Assembly: GCA_963828465.1 (NCBI GenBank)
Contig: CAWHEU010000002.1
Coordinates: 151,273 to 215,272, forward strand
Reading direction: 5' to 3'
Length of the DNA stretch: 64,000 nt
Origin: an uncultured Acidobacteriota bacterium
Lineage (GTDB): Bacteria; Actinomycetota; Acidimicrobiia; Spongiisociales; ZC4RG35
The notes under the pieces were generated by a model. It searched no databases, was not told the origin of the DNA, and saw nothing but the letters and a program-made list of their open reading frames with translations. How positions within the stretch are numbered: the stretch's first letter is position 1; each line of letters opens with the position of its first letter. The position numbers were made by a program, and so were the translations under genes. Of the stretch, positions 30,156 to 39,204 are shown piece by piece.

Positions 30156-30803
30156 CTATCGCGTCGATTCCTTGTCTCCTGCATTGAGCGTTTGGCCCAC
30201 CCATTCCGCCCAACGGCGGGTCAGGTCGTCGACGGCGGCGCGGTCGGTGCCGGTGGCATGTAGCGCAGGGCCGATGATCACGTCGACGCGCCCTTTTCGG
30301 AACTTGTTGTCGACTCCGAAGACCTGGTCGGTCCCGTTGACTGCAACGGCCACCAATGGCACGCCGGTGCGGGCTGCCAACCAAGCCGCCCCGGGCTTGA
30401 ACCCGGCATCACCGAATGTCTCCACGCGGATGCCCTCGGGAAACAGACCGACCACGCCCCCGGATTCGAGATGGGCCAGGCATTGACGCACCGTGCCCAG
30501 CGGGACAGTGCCGCGGCGAACGGTGATGGCCTCCCAACCATGGAGGGCCCAGTCGAGAGACTTGTGGTTCCCGAAGAGGTCGATGAGGGCGATGAACCGG
30601 GCGCGTTTCCCGTAGATCGCTCCGACCAGAGGAGGGTCGAGAAAGGAATAGTGGTTGGCGGCCAGGACGAACGGAGGAGTGGGGAACCCCGGCCCCCGGT
30701 CGACCCTCAGCCCCCACAGGATCCTGGCTCCGAGCCTTATCGCAGGGAGCGAGATCAACCACCACAGACGATGCCTGGGTTTCGACGGGACGGGCAGGGT
30801 CAA
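30156..30803 (-). CDS. lysophospholipid acyltransferase (PlsC family)
   Basis: ANHYSFLDP, LFPEG, GAAWLA. Confidence 0.85.
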   Translation of the reverse strand: MTLPVPSKPRHRLWWLISLPAIRLGARILWGLRVDRGPGFPTPPFVLAANHYSFLDPPLVGAIYGKRARFIALIDLFGNHKSLDWALHGWEAITVRRGTVPLGTVRQCLAHLESGGVVGLFPEGIRVETFGDAGFKPGAAWLAARTGVPLVAVAVNGTDQVFGVDNKFRKGRVDVIIGPALHATGTDRAAVDDLTRRWAEWVGQTLNAGDKESTR

Positions 30804-31768
30804 GGGAGTAGCAGGACCTTGCCGGTGGTCTGTCTTCCCTCCAACGCCCGATGGGCATCGGCGGCGTTGGCCAGTGGGTACTCGTGGCCGATGCGCACTT
30901 CGACCTCTCCAGATTGAACCCAGGAAAAGAGGTCGGAGCACCGCGACAGCAGCTCATCCCTGGTCTGGAGGTAGTGCGCCATCGTTGGTCGGGTCAGGAA
31001 CAGCGAGCCCTTCTGCGAGAGGAGAAGGGGGGCGATCTCGGGCGGCGGGCCAGATGCGTTGCCAAATGTCACCATCATTCCCCGGGGCCGGAGCAGATCG
31101 AGGCCGTTCATGAACGTGTCGGCGCCGACTCCGTCGTAGACCACATCGAGCGGCTTGGGCCCGGCGATCTCCTCGACCTGGTCCTTGAAGTCGGTCTGTG
31201 TGTACACGATGACGTGGTCCGATCCCGCTTCCCGGCTCAATTCGGCCTTGTCCGCGCTTCCCACCGTGGTGAACACCTCGGCGCCGAGCATCTTGGCGAT
31301 CTGGGTGAGGAGAAGCCCGACGCCCCCTGCGCCGGCATGGATGAGGCACTTGCTGCCTGGGCGGAGCGGGAACGTGTCCGTGGCCAGATAGTGGGCCGTG
31401 AGACCCTGCAACAGGACGGCGGCCACCGTCCTCGAGTCGAGGCCATCCGGGATGGGCACCGCCCGATCGGCAGGTATCGCATGCCGTTCCGCGTAGGAAC
31501 CGCGCACGTCGGTCCACCCCACCCTGTCTCCGATCCGGAAGCCCGCGACGTCGTCGCCGACCGCTGACACGGCACCGGCCCCTTCCTGACCCGGGATGAA
31601 GGGGAGGGTCGCGTCGTAGAGACCGCGCCGGTGGTAGATGTCGACGTAGTTCACCCCGGCCGCCGTCACGTCGACCAGCAGCTCCCCGGGACCCGCCACC
31701 GGCTCGGTCATCTCGTCGAGGACCAGGTTCTCGGGGCCACCGAGCGCGGGAACGATTATTGCCTTCAC
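30800..31768 (-). CDS. qor: NADPH:quinone oxidoreductase (zeta-crystallin family)
   Basis: GVNYVD, LQGLTAHYL, HAGAGGVG, YDGVG, FGNASG, TTGKVLL. Confidence 0.9.
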   Translation of the reverse strand: MKAIIVPALGGPENLVLDEMTEPVAGPGELLVDVTAAGVNYVDIYHRRGLYDATLPFIPGQEGAGAVSAVGDDVAGFRIGDRVGWTDVRGSYAERHAIPADRAVPIPDGLDSRTVAAVLLQGLTAHYLATDTFPLRPGSKCLIHAGAGGVGLLLTQIAKMLGAEVFTTVGSADKAELSREAGSDHVIVYTQTDFKDQVEEIAGPKPLDVVYDGVGADTFMNGLDLLRPRGMMVTFGNASGPPPEIAPLLLSQKGSLFLTRPTMAHYLQTRDELLSRCSDLFSWVQSGEVEVRIGHEYPLANAADAHRALEGRQTTGKVLLLP

Positions 31769-32184
31769 GGTCGCTCCACGTTCCATCCTCGGCTCTTCAG
31801 CTCTAGTGCCAACAGCTCGTCACTGATGAAAGAGAGGTCGGGCACCCTGGCATCGGCGCCGAGGCATCGCTCCACAGGGTCTCTGAGGGTCCGAGCCCAG
31901 GCCTTTCCCTTCGCCTCCGCCTCCAGCGTGAGCGTGGAATCGGGATTGACTGTGTACACCCGGGCCGTGATCTGTGGGTTGGCCCGGGAGCCTCGTTCGC
32001 CATAGACCAAGAGGGTGGCGCCCATCGGCAGGTCCTGTATCCCCCCGGTTGCCACGAATGGCCCATCGAAGGCCCAACCCGACGCCCTGGTGTCGTCCAC
32101 CGACTCCACCACCTTCGCCCAGTTCTTGTGACGTTCGTCTCCGACCTGGGGGACGTCGACCGCCACCATCACCATTTCGCCCAT
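31765..32184 (-). CDS. hypothetical protein
   Basis: 139-aa ORF coupled to qor (GTGA overlap), leaderless TACCCT-N6-ATG; motif KNWAKVVESVD..SGWAFDG. Confidence 0.7.
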   Translation of the reverse strand: MGEMVMVAVDVPQVGDERHKNWAKVVESVDDTRASGWAFDGPFVATGGIQDLPMGATLLVYGERGSRANPQITARVYTVNPDSTLTLEAEAKGKAWARTLRDPVERCLGADARVPDLSFISDELLALELKSRGWNVERP

Positions 32185-32250
32185 ATGCCGAGGGTAGGCG
32201 AAGGCAGCCGGGAGTCGCGAGGTGATGTCGGTACGCTTTAGGCTCGACCT

Positions 32251-33249
32251 ATGGCCAAGCTTCGCCTCTTCGCAAACCTCCGGGAACTGGCCGGCACGTC
32301 GCGACTCGATGTGCCCTCCGAAACCGTAGGCGGGGTGATCGAGGCGGCATCGGAGAAGTTCGGGCCTGATTTCCGCCGAGGGGTGGAGACGTCACGGGTT
32401 TGGGTCAACGGTGAGGCGGCGTCGATGGACGACAGCGTCACCGAGCACGACGAGGTGGTGTTGATACCTCCCGTCTCGGGTGGGGATCAGCCGGCCACCA
32501 CTTTCTCCGCCTTGGACCTGATGGCGTTCCTGCCCGCCGCGGTCGCCATCGTGGCGATTCTCGCCAACACCCAGGGCCAGGAAGTATGGGCTGCCGTCCT
32601 CGTTCTCATCGTGGCCATATGGGCGCTGGACATCGGGACGTCGTTCGCGGCCAGGGGCCGGGAGTTCGCCTCGCTTGCCGTAGTGGTCACGGCCGCCGGG
32701 TCCGCCATGGCCGCCCACGTCGCCGGAGGCGGCGGGTATGCCCTGGCTCTGGTCATCGCCGCGGTCGTGAGCCTCGGTTGGGCCGTGGCTTTCCCTCAAT
32801 ACCGGCACGTGGACGTGTTGAGCCCGACCGTGATGGTCTCTCTCCTCGGCGGGTTGGGCACGGCGTCGCTCGTGCTCGCCCGGTCCGCTCACACGCCTGA
32901 GGCGAATGCGGTCGATGTCTTCCTCGTGTCCGTCATCGCCGCTGTGGGTCTCAGTGCGATTGTCGAGCGGATCAATCCCATACCGCTCCTCGACCCCTTC
33001 TCGGTCACCGCTCTCGGTGCGGTTCTGGCCTCGGTCGCCGCCGCTGTGATCTGGGACCTATCCGTCGTTTCCTATCTCCTCGTCGGTCTGGGGATCGCGG
33101 TGGCGCTGCTGGCAGGCAGAGGTCTGTCGTCCATGTTGCGAATGGGCCGGGTAGTCCTGACGGAGCGACCACCGGGGGCGCTGGTCAGCCTCGATGGGGT
33201 CGCTCTTGCCGCTGCCATCTATTACCCGTTGCTGCTCCTGGTCTTGTGA
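32251..33249 (+). CDS. MoaD/ThiS ubiquitin-like domain fused to a polytopic membrane domain
   Basis: MAKLRLFANLRELAG...WVNGE...DEVVLIPPVSGG continues in frame into about 8 TM helices. Confidence 0.8.
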   Translation: MAKLRLFANLRELAGTSRLDVPSETVGGVIEAASEKFGPDFRRGVETSRVWVNGEAASMDDSVTEHDEVVLIPPVSGGDQPATTFSALDLMAFLPAAVAIVAILANTQGQEVWAAVLVLIVAIWALDIGTSFAARGREFASLAVVVTAAGSAMAAHVAGGGGYALALVIAAVVSLGWAVAFPQYRHVDVLSPTVMVSLLGGLGTASLVLARSAHTPEANAVDVFLVSVIAAVGLSAIVERINPIPLLDPFSVTALGAVLASVAAAVIWDLSVVSYLLVGLGIAVALLAGRGLSSMLRMGRVVLTERPPGALVSLDGVALAAAIYYPLLLLVL

Positions 33250-33333
33250 GCTCCACCGACGACGCCGCAAGCGTTTGCATCTAGGCCGAATCCGAGTAGA
33301 GCAAAACGGCGTCACGGGTTAGCCTTCCCGCCG

Positions 33334-34422
33334 ATGCGTGCCCAGACGCCGATCCGCGTCGTCACCCTTCTCACCGTCACCGGTCTGGTCGCTGTCCTCT
33401 TCCCCCTCGCCGGCCAGGCGGTGACCAAGACCCAGGTCGAGGAGGCTTGCGCCGATTCTCGTGCCCAACTCGAGGAGTATCGGTCCGCCCAGGAAGCGTT
33501 CGAGGTCGCGGCCCACGAATACGAAGGCGCCGTGATCGAAGTCGATCGCGTGGAGAGGAAACAGGAGTCCGTGGCGGGCTCGGTGTCCAGCCACACCGAG
33601 GATCTGGATGAGATCCAGACCAGGATCGAGGAACAGGCCGTGGAGCTCTACATGCGAGGCGGGCTGGCCAGCCCGGGCATCATCTTCTCGGCTTCGTCGG
33701 TCGACGAATTCATGACCACCTCCGAATTCCTCACCACCGCCGCCACCGGGGGTCAGGAGTCGCTTGATGAGCTGGTCGCCGCCCGTAGCGAGCTGAATCG
33801 GTTCCAGGCCGTCCTCGACGACACCCGTGTCGAGCTGGAGGCGGTGGAGGCCCAAAAGCTCGATGCCCGGAGCAATCAGGAAGCGGCGATGGAGGCCGAG
33901 CAGGCGGCGTATGCCCAGTTGTCCGGCCGATGCAAGGAGCTCGCCACTGAGTACGACCGCGAGCAGGCGGAGCTGGCGGCACGGGCCCGGCAGCGAGCTT
34001 CCGGCTCGGTGCAGGTCGGCTCTTTCATCTGCCCCTTCACCCCCGGGCGCACGTCGTTCATCGACTCCTGGGGGGCGTCGAGATCAGGGGGGCGCGCCCA
34101 CAAAGGGACAGACCTGTTCGCCGCCTGGAACGAGCCGATGTACGCGGTCACCTCAGGTCGCGTCTCGCTTGGCAGCAGCGGGCTCGGTGGCAACACGATC
34201 TGGCTGCTGGCCGACAATGGGATCGCCTATTACTACGCCCACCTCTCCGATTTCAACGTCGCCTCGGGATCGTCGGTCAGCCAGGGCCAGACGATCGGAT
34301 TCAACGGTGACAGTGGAAACGCCAGGGGTGGCTCACCGCACCTCCACTTCGAGATCCACCCCGGTGGACGGGGCTCGTCCGCCGTCAACCCCTATGCAAC
34401 GCTGGCAGGGGCATGCAGGTAG
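33334..34422 (+). CDS. M23 family peptidoglycan DD-endopeptidase with coiled-coil N-terminus
   Basis: Signal peptide, coiled coil, [20 protein letters not shown]. Confidence 0.9.
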   Translation: MRAQTPIRVVTLLTVTGLVAVLFPLAGQAVTKTQVEEACADSRAQLEEYRSAQEAFEVAAHEYEGAVIEVDRVERKQESVAGSVSSHTEDLDEIQTRIEEQAVELYMRGGLASPGIIFSASSVDEFMTTSEFLTTAATGGQESLDELVAARSELNRFQAVLDDTRVELEAVEAQKLDARSNQEAAMEAEQAAYAQLSGRCKELATEYDREQAELAARARQRASGSVQVGSFICPFTPGRTSFIDSWGASRSGGRAHKGTDLFAAWNEPMYAVTSGRVSLGSSGLGGNTIWLLADNGIAYYYAHLSDFNVASGSSVSQGQTIGFNGDSGNARGGSPHLHFEIHPGGRGSSAVNPYATLAGACR

Positions 34423-34432
34423 CCTGCCTCCC

Positions 34433-34963
34433 GTGAGCGAGCATCGTCGCAGAATCGACACCGTTCTCGAGCCGGATTATCTGGCCGACATCTCCGAGGC
34501 CGACCTCGATGAGCTGCGGAGGCGCCGGGAGTCCGCCGAGGACGTCGAGGCGCAGATCTCGTATTACCGCCGTCTGCTCCATGGAAGGGTGGATCTGCTC
34601 AATTTCGAGCTACGCCGGCGCAGCGGGCAGGAGGAGCGGAGTCTGATCGAGGCATTGCCCGAGATCCTGGCCTCAGGGATGACCTTCGGCAACGAGCCCA
34701 ACCTGCGACATCTCGACCCGATGCCTCCGATCCCGGCCACCACGGGCCGGCGACTCATCGACAAGATCATGGATGACGGGATCCTCACACAGCTTCCGGA
34801 GCTGACCGACGATGAGCTCACCGAGGCGATCGACCGCGTGCAGGAGGTGGAGGCCGAGCTCTCGGCACAGCGGCGCCAGCTGCATGTGGTGATCGACGCC
34901 CTCCAGGACGAGATCATCGCCCGCTATCGGAGCCAGCAGGGCGAAGCTCAGCCAGCGGGCTGA
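34433..34963 (+). CDS. rsiG: RsiG/AmfC-family c-di-GMP-binding anti-sigma factor homolog
   Basis: RRRIDTVLEPDYL; twin motifs EAQISYYRRLLHGRVD and EAELSAQRRQLHVVID; EIIARYR; adjacent to asparaginase II as in Streptomyces. Confidence 0.8.
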   Translation: MSEHRRRIDTVLEPDYLADISEADLDELRRRRESAEDVEAQISYYRRLLHGRVDLLNFELRRRSGQEERSLIEALPEILASGMTFGNEPNLRHLDPMPPIPATTGRRLIDKIMDDGILTQLPELTDDELTEAIDRVQEVEAELSAQRRQLHVVIDALQDEIIARYRSQQGEAQPAG

Positions 34964-34966
34964 AGG

Positions 34967-35920
34967 TTGCTCGCGGCCAGAACACGTTCGGGTCTGGTCG
35001 AGACGATGCACGACGGGGCGGTCGCCGTTGTGTCCGCCGACGGTGCTTTGGTGGCCCATTCGGGCGACATCGACCAACCCTTCTTCCTCCGGTCCGCCGC
35101 CAAGCCGTTTCAGGCTCTCGTTTCGCAAGAGCACGGGGCGGCCCTGGGGCCTCTCGAGCTCGCCCTCTCCTGTGCGTCCCACGACGGTCATCCCGTGCAC
35201 GTCGCCCTGGTCGAGTCGATGCTCGCCCGCGTCGGGCTCCGGGAGACCGATCTCCAATGCCCGCCGAGCTGGCCACTGTCGGCAGAAGCCGAGACCCGAC
35301 TCCGGATGGAGATGGGAAGCAGTGGCGAGCCACGCCCGATCTGGCACGACTGTTCCGGCAAACACGCGGGTTGGCTCCGGGCTTGTCAGACACAAGGTTG
35401 GATGATCGATGGCTATCTGGCCCCGGATCACCCCCTCCAGGTGGCGATCACCGATCTGATCGCCGATCTGAGTGGCTTTCCGGTTTCGCCGGTGGGGGTG
35501 GACGGTTGTGGGGCGCCCGTCCATCGCACGACCACCCGGGCCATGGCGACTCTCTACGCCCGCCTCGCATCGCTCCCACGGCTCAGGGAGGTCTTCGAGA
35601 CAATGCATCGCTATCCGGCGCTGGTATCGGGCACCGGCAATGGTGATGCATCGATCGGGAGTGCACTGAACACAGCTGCCAAACGAGGGGCGGCCGGCTG
35701 CATCGGTGTGGCACTCGATGGAAGGTTGGGTATTGCGGTCAAGTCCTGGGACGGGATCCAGGAGGTCGCCGATGCCGCGGCGATCGCCACTCTCGCCGGG
35801 TTGGGAGAGATGCCACCAATTGCAGGAGATCGTCTCGCCTCGCTTGCCCGGCCCACGGTCCTCGGCGGTGGCCGTCCCGTAGGCGAGCTCGAGCCGACTG
35901 TGGATTTGCAATGGGCATGA
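34967..35920 (+). CDS. L-asparaginase II (Rhizobium etli AnsA type)
   Basis: RSGLVETMH, RSAAKPFQA, ASHDG, DCSGKH, GVDGCGAP. Confidence 0.85.
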   Translation: MLAARTRSGLVETMHDGAVAVVSADGALVAHSGDIDQPFFLRSAAKPFQALVSQEHGAALGPLELALSCASHDGHPVHVALVESMLARVGLRETDLQCPPSWPLSAEAETRLRMEMGSSGEPRPIWHDCSGKHAGWLRACQTQGWMIDGYLAPDHPLQVAITDLIADLSGFPVSPVGVDGCGAPVHRTTTRAMATLYARLASLPRLREVFETMHRYPALVSGTGNGDASIGSALNTAAKRGAAGCIGVALDGRLGIAVKSWDGIQEVADAAAIATLAGLGEMPPIAGDRLASLARPTVLGGGRPVGELEPTVDLQWA

Positions 35921-36336
35921 GAGAGGTGCTCGAGCGTCGAATCGAGCGATGGCTCGCCGACCCCGATTCGAGCGTCGAGTACGCCGAAGAGGTCGAGGGC
36001 CGCTGGGCGGTGCGGATGCGGCAGGAGGTGCGCGACGCCACCACCACTTGGTTCACGATCGGGCAGCGCAGCCTCGAGTACGAGGCATACGTCCTGCCGG
36101 CGGAAGAGGCCGGCAGCGAGTTGTTGAGGCAGGCGTTGCAGAGGAACATGAAAGGGTGGCGGTCGTACTTCGCCCTCGACCAAGAGGGCGGGCTGGTGCT
36201 GCGCGGGCGACTTGCCGAGCCTCAGGTGACCGACCTCGAGCTCGACCTTGTCCTGGGCGAGATCTATGACGCCATCGAGGTCGGCTTCCGACCATTACTC
36301 CGCTCCCTCATCGCAGGTCGCGAAAATTCCGGTTAG
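35917..36336 (+). CDS. YbjN/type III secretion chaperone-like domain protein
   Basis: Size and pattern (LEYEAYVLP, ALQRN, YFALDQEGGLVLRGRL, LDLVLG); ATGA overlap. Confidence 0.6.
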   Translation: MREVLERRIERWLADPDSSVEYAEEVEGRWAVRMRQEVRDATTTWFTIGQRSLEYEAYVLPAEEAGSELLRQALQRNMKGWRSYFALDQEGGLVLRGRLAEPQVTDLELDLVLGEIYDAIEVGFRPLLRSLIAGRENSG

Positions 36337-36341
36337 AAACT

Positions 36342-36377
36342 TGTGAACAAACCCATGTGGACAAAGCCTGTGGAAAG
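36342..36377 (-). promoter_or_regulatory. cluster of three DnaA-box-like 9-mers
   Basis: TGTGAACAA, TGTGGACAA (reverse complement of the actinobacterial consensus TTGTCCACA) and TGTGGAAAG, same orientation, 13-14 bp apart. Confidence 0.5.
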
Positions 36378-36469
36378 TGGCGATTCCTGTTGGTAACGCC
36401 GATCGAGGCCGAATCGGCGCCCTATTTGGTGATGCTGAGCGTTACTTGGCGTTAGACGGCGTCCAGGCC

Positions 36470-36627
36470 GGGGTCGTTGCTTCCAGGCCGCAGAACCCGT
36501 ACCTTTGGCGCTGCGAACGCCCGAGAGGCAAACCAGAGAACCGTCCGTTCGGGGAAGTGCGGAGGAGGCTCAGGTAGGTCACTCGGGCGTTTGTTTTCAT
36601 GCGGGCTCGCCGGATGGCACCAGTCTC
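36470..36627 (+). ncRNA. candidate 6S-like rod-shaped ncRNA
   Basis: Nested pairings by eye: tgcttccaggc/gccggatggca, gaacccgta/tgcgggctc, central bubble, gcgaacgcccgag/ctcgggcgtttgt; G-U pairs favour the + strand. Confidence 0.4.
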
Positions 36628-36647
36628 GATCCGGTACGATCGGTAAC

Positions 36648-37505
36648 TTGGCCGGCCTCCAGAAGAAGAACCTCGACAAGCCGGACGAGCGCGTCCAGTT
36701 CGACGGGCTCGAGGCCGACATCGTGCAGGTGGGCGAGACCTCGATCTCCCGGAATGTGTTTCAACCCGGTGCTCACTGTGCCCTTGGCGGGCGCCGTCTG
36801 AGTGGCAACCATCGAGCAAAGGAGAGCTGTCAGGCCCATCACTCAGGTGTCGTCGTTCAGGGGCGGTTACGGATCGAGATGGACGACGGCTCGGCTATGG
36901 ATCTGGGGCCTAACGAAGTGTTCGACATACCTCGGGGCCACGACGGTTGGGTGGTGAGCGAAGAGCCCTGGGTCGGCATCAACTGGTCCGGAGTCCGCAC
37001 CTGGCTTCCTCAGGTCGAGTCCGGCGACCGGGTCCTGGCCACCCTTCTCTTCACCGACATCGTGTCTTCTACCGAGAAGGCCGTTCAGTTGGGTGACAGT
37101 GCGTGGCGTGATCTCCTGGGCCGACACAATCAGGAGGTCAGGGACCAGCTCGATAAGTTTCGAGGACGCGAGGTCACCACGACCGGAGATGGGTTTCTGG
37201 CAGTCTTCGACGGGGCGGCCAGGGCCATCCATGCAGCGCACGCCATACGTGATCGCGCCCGCGGCCTCGGTCTAGAAATCCGATCCGGGATCCACACCGG
37301 TGAGGTCGAGGTGGTGGGCGACGATGTCAGGGGCGTCGCGGTGCACGAAGCGGCCCGGATCGCAGCGGTGGCTTCACCGGGTGAGATCCTCGTCTCCTCA
37401 ATGACTCATGACCTGGCTGCCGGCGGCGAGTTCACCTTCGAGGAGACACCGGGTCGAGAGCTCAAGGGCTTTTCCGGAGCGAGAATCTTGCATACGGTTG
37501 TGTAG
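36648..37505 (+). CDS. cupin-domain class III adenylate/guanylate cyclase
   Basis: CQAHH...IPRGHDGWV cupin; LFTDIVSST, TTGDGFLA, RSGIHTGE, AVHEAARI. Confidence 0.9.
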   Translation: MAGLQKKNLDKPDERVQFDGLEADIVQVGETSISRNVFQPGAHCALGGRRLSGNHRAKESCQAHHSGVVVQGRLRIEMDDGSAMDLGPNEVFDIPRGHDGWVVSEEPWVGINWSGVRTWLPQVESGDRVLATLLFTDIVSSTEKAVQLGDSAWRDLLGRHNQEVRDQLDKFRGREVTTTGDGFLAVFDGAARAIHAAHAIRDRARGLGLEIRSGIHTGEVEVVGDDVRGVAVHEAARIAAVASPGEILVSSMTHDLAAGGEFTFEETPGRELKGFSGARILHTVV

Positions 37506-37521
37506 CAAGCCTGTTGTCGAA

Positions 37522-38238
37522 TCAATCGTGACAAAGCTGGGCGAATCGGCTCGCCTCGAGGCACGACTGCCCGGGGATCACGGCCTTGTCCGGTGGCACG
37601 ACCATCGTTGTGGTGGTAGTCGGCGGCGCCGCGGTGGTGGTGGTCGAAGGTGCGGTTGTGGTCGGTGCCGGAGTCGCCGGCTCGCCTCCCTCGTTCGACG
37701 GCGGTGCAGTGGTGGCCGGTGAGTCGGTAGGTGGCGGTGGCGGAGCCGGGGCTTCGGTGGTGGGAGGTGCCTCGGTCGTCGGTGGGGCGGTTTCGCCCTT
37801 CTTCATGAACACAACGGTGACGTAAAGGGATCCATCGCTGCTGGTGTCGGTCCCGACGCCGACGTAGTTGTAATCGCCGAGGATGTTGGCGGCGTGCCCG
37901 GAGGAGTTCATGAACGCCGTGTGCAGGGAGGAGGGCGACTGCCCTCTTCCGACATTCTCACCGACCTGTGACCAGCCACTTCCGGCGGCGGCCGAGAGCT
38001 CCCCTGAACTGGAGTGAAAGATGTCACCCTTGTCGATCATTGCCTGGGTGTGATTCCGGGCATGTGAGCGGAGACCGCCGTCTACTTCGAGGGGCCCCAG
38101 TCCGTTGTTGGCGCGGGTCGAGTTGATCAGGGAGACGAACTCGCTCTCCGTTCCCGAATCAGCGGTTGCGGCGACGCCGAGCGCGGTCGAGATGAATGCG
38201 ACCAGCAACAGCGAGAGCCAATGCTTTTTCCCGGGCAT
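37522..38238 (-). CDS. secreted CAP (SCP) domain protein with Pro/Thr-rich tail
   Basis: INSTRANNGL, GENVG, FMNSSGHAANIL, VGVG. Confidence 0.85.
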   Translation of the reverse strand: MPGKKHWLSLLLVAFISTALGVAATADSGTESEFVSLINSTRANNGLGPLEVDGGLRSHARNHTQAMIDKGDIFHSSSGELSAAAGSGWSQVGENVGRGQSPSSLHTAFMNSSGHAANILGDYNYVGVGTDTSSDGSLYVTVVFMKKGETAPPTTEAPPTTEAPAPPPPPTDSPATTAPPSNEGGEPATPAPTTTAPSTTTTAAPPTTTTTMVVPPDKAVIPGQSCLEASRFAQLCHD

Positions 38239-38301
38239 CCTTGGGGTTATCGGCCCCGATGCGAAACCCCTTGAGTCACCGGACGTACTAAGTAGATCGC
38301 C

Positions 38302-39183
38302 TCAGATCCCGAACATGACCTCGCGCAGGCTGATCACACTTGCCTCGAGCGTCACCGGGTCGAGACGCATCGATCCAAGACGGAGACCCTTCATCCCTTC
38401 GCCGGTGTTGGTCATCACCCTGAGCCCGTCTTCCTCGTTACCGAGGATCCCGAGTCCCAGGCAACCACCGTCCTCGTCCTGTACGCCGACCAGCACATCG
38501 TCGAGCCGTCCCAGGTTGAGACCCATCGGAAGCGTCGGTGCGAAGACCGTGGGCCGGACCTTCCACCGATCGAGTGGCGGAGCCAGCGCCCGGGCAAAGG
38601 ACTCGGTCCTCCGCTGGGCTCGCTCGTCAGGGGAGATGGGCATCACATTGGGGTCGGCGGGGGTGACGGTCACCTCCATGCCGAGGAACCGGCGCAGCAT
38701 CCCGACCACCGGCTCCATCTCACCGCCACGTTGCAGGGCAACGACCTTGTCCGGCCGACACAGCTCCGCCTTGTGGTACTTGAGAGTCTCGCCGGCGACC
38801 CCGGAAACGACTGCGGTGGTATCGAGGATCACGAGGTCGGCCATCCCCCTGGCCACGTCGACCATCGCCGCTGTGGCGACGACCTGTTGCAGGACGAGGC
38901 GCGCTGGGGAGATGGTGCCCACGAAGTGGAGCCGGTCCGGTGTCGCCACGTCATCGAGGTCCTCTGGAGTGCGAAGGATCTTCAACCCGACACACGCCGG
39001 GGGCCCGACGGTCGAGTTGCCCACGTCGGCGTCGACGATCGCCACGGTCCGGCCGGCGCCGAGGGCGAGACGAGCCGCCTGTAGGGCCAGGGTCGTCTTC
39101 CCCGTGTCGACGCTGCCCAGGAGCATCGCCACATTCGCACGGGACACCTCCCGCGCGACTCCGTCGTGGCTCGTCTCAGACAT
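38302..39183 (-). CDS. Clp1/Grc3-family polynucleotide 5'-hydroxyl kinase
   Basis: GSVDTGKTT (Walker A), VDADVGNSTVGPP, ILDTT, ERAQRR lid motif. Confidence 0.8.
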   Translation of the reverse strand: MSETSHDGVAREVSRANVAMLLGSVDTGKTTLALQAARLALGAGRTVAIVDADVGNSTVGPPACVGLKILRTPEDLDDVATPDRLHFVGTISPARLVLQQVVATAAMVDVARGMADLVILDTTAVVSGVAGETLKYHKAELCRPDKVVALQRGGEMEPVVGMLRRFLGMEVTVTPADPNVMPISPDERAQRRTESFARALAPPLDRWKVRPTVFAPTLPMGLNLGRLDDVLVGVQDEDGGCLGLGILGNEEDGLRVMTNTGEGMKGLRLGSMRLDPVTLEASVISLREVMFGI

Positions 39184-39204
39184 CGCGGCAATATAGGACC
39201 ACGC

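Noticed and set aside
36525-36580. c-di-GMP-I riboswitch (GGCAAACC...GGTAGGT) upstream of the cyclase
   Set aside because: Lacks the GAAA tetraloop and GCAAAG core, and the cyclase appears to be leaderless
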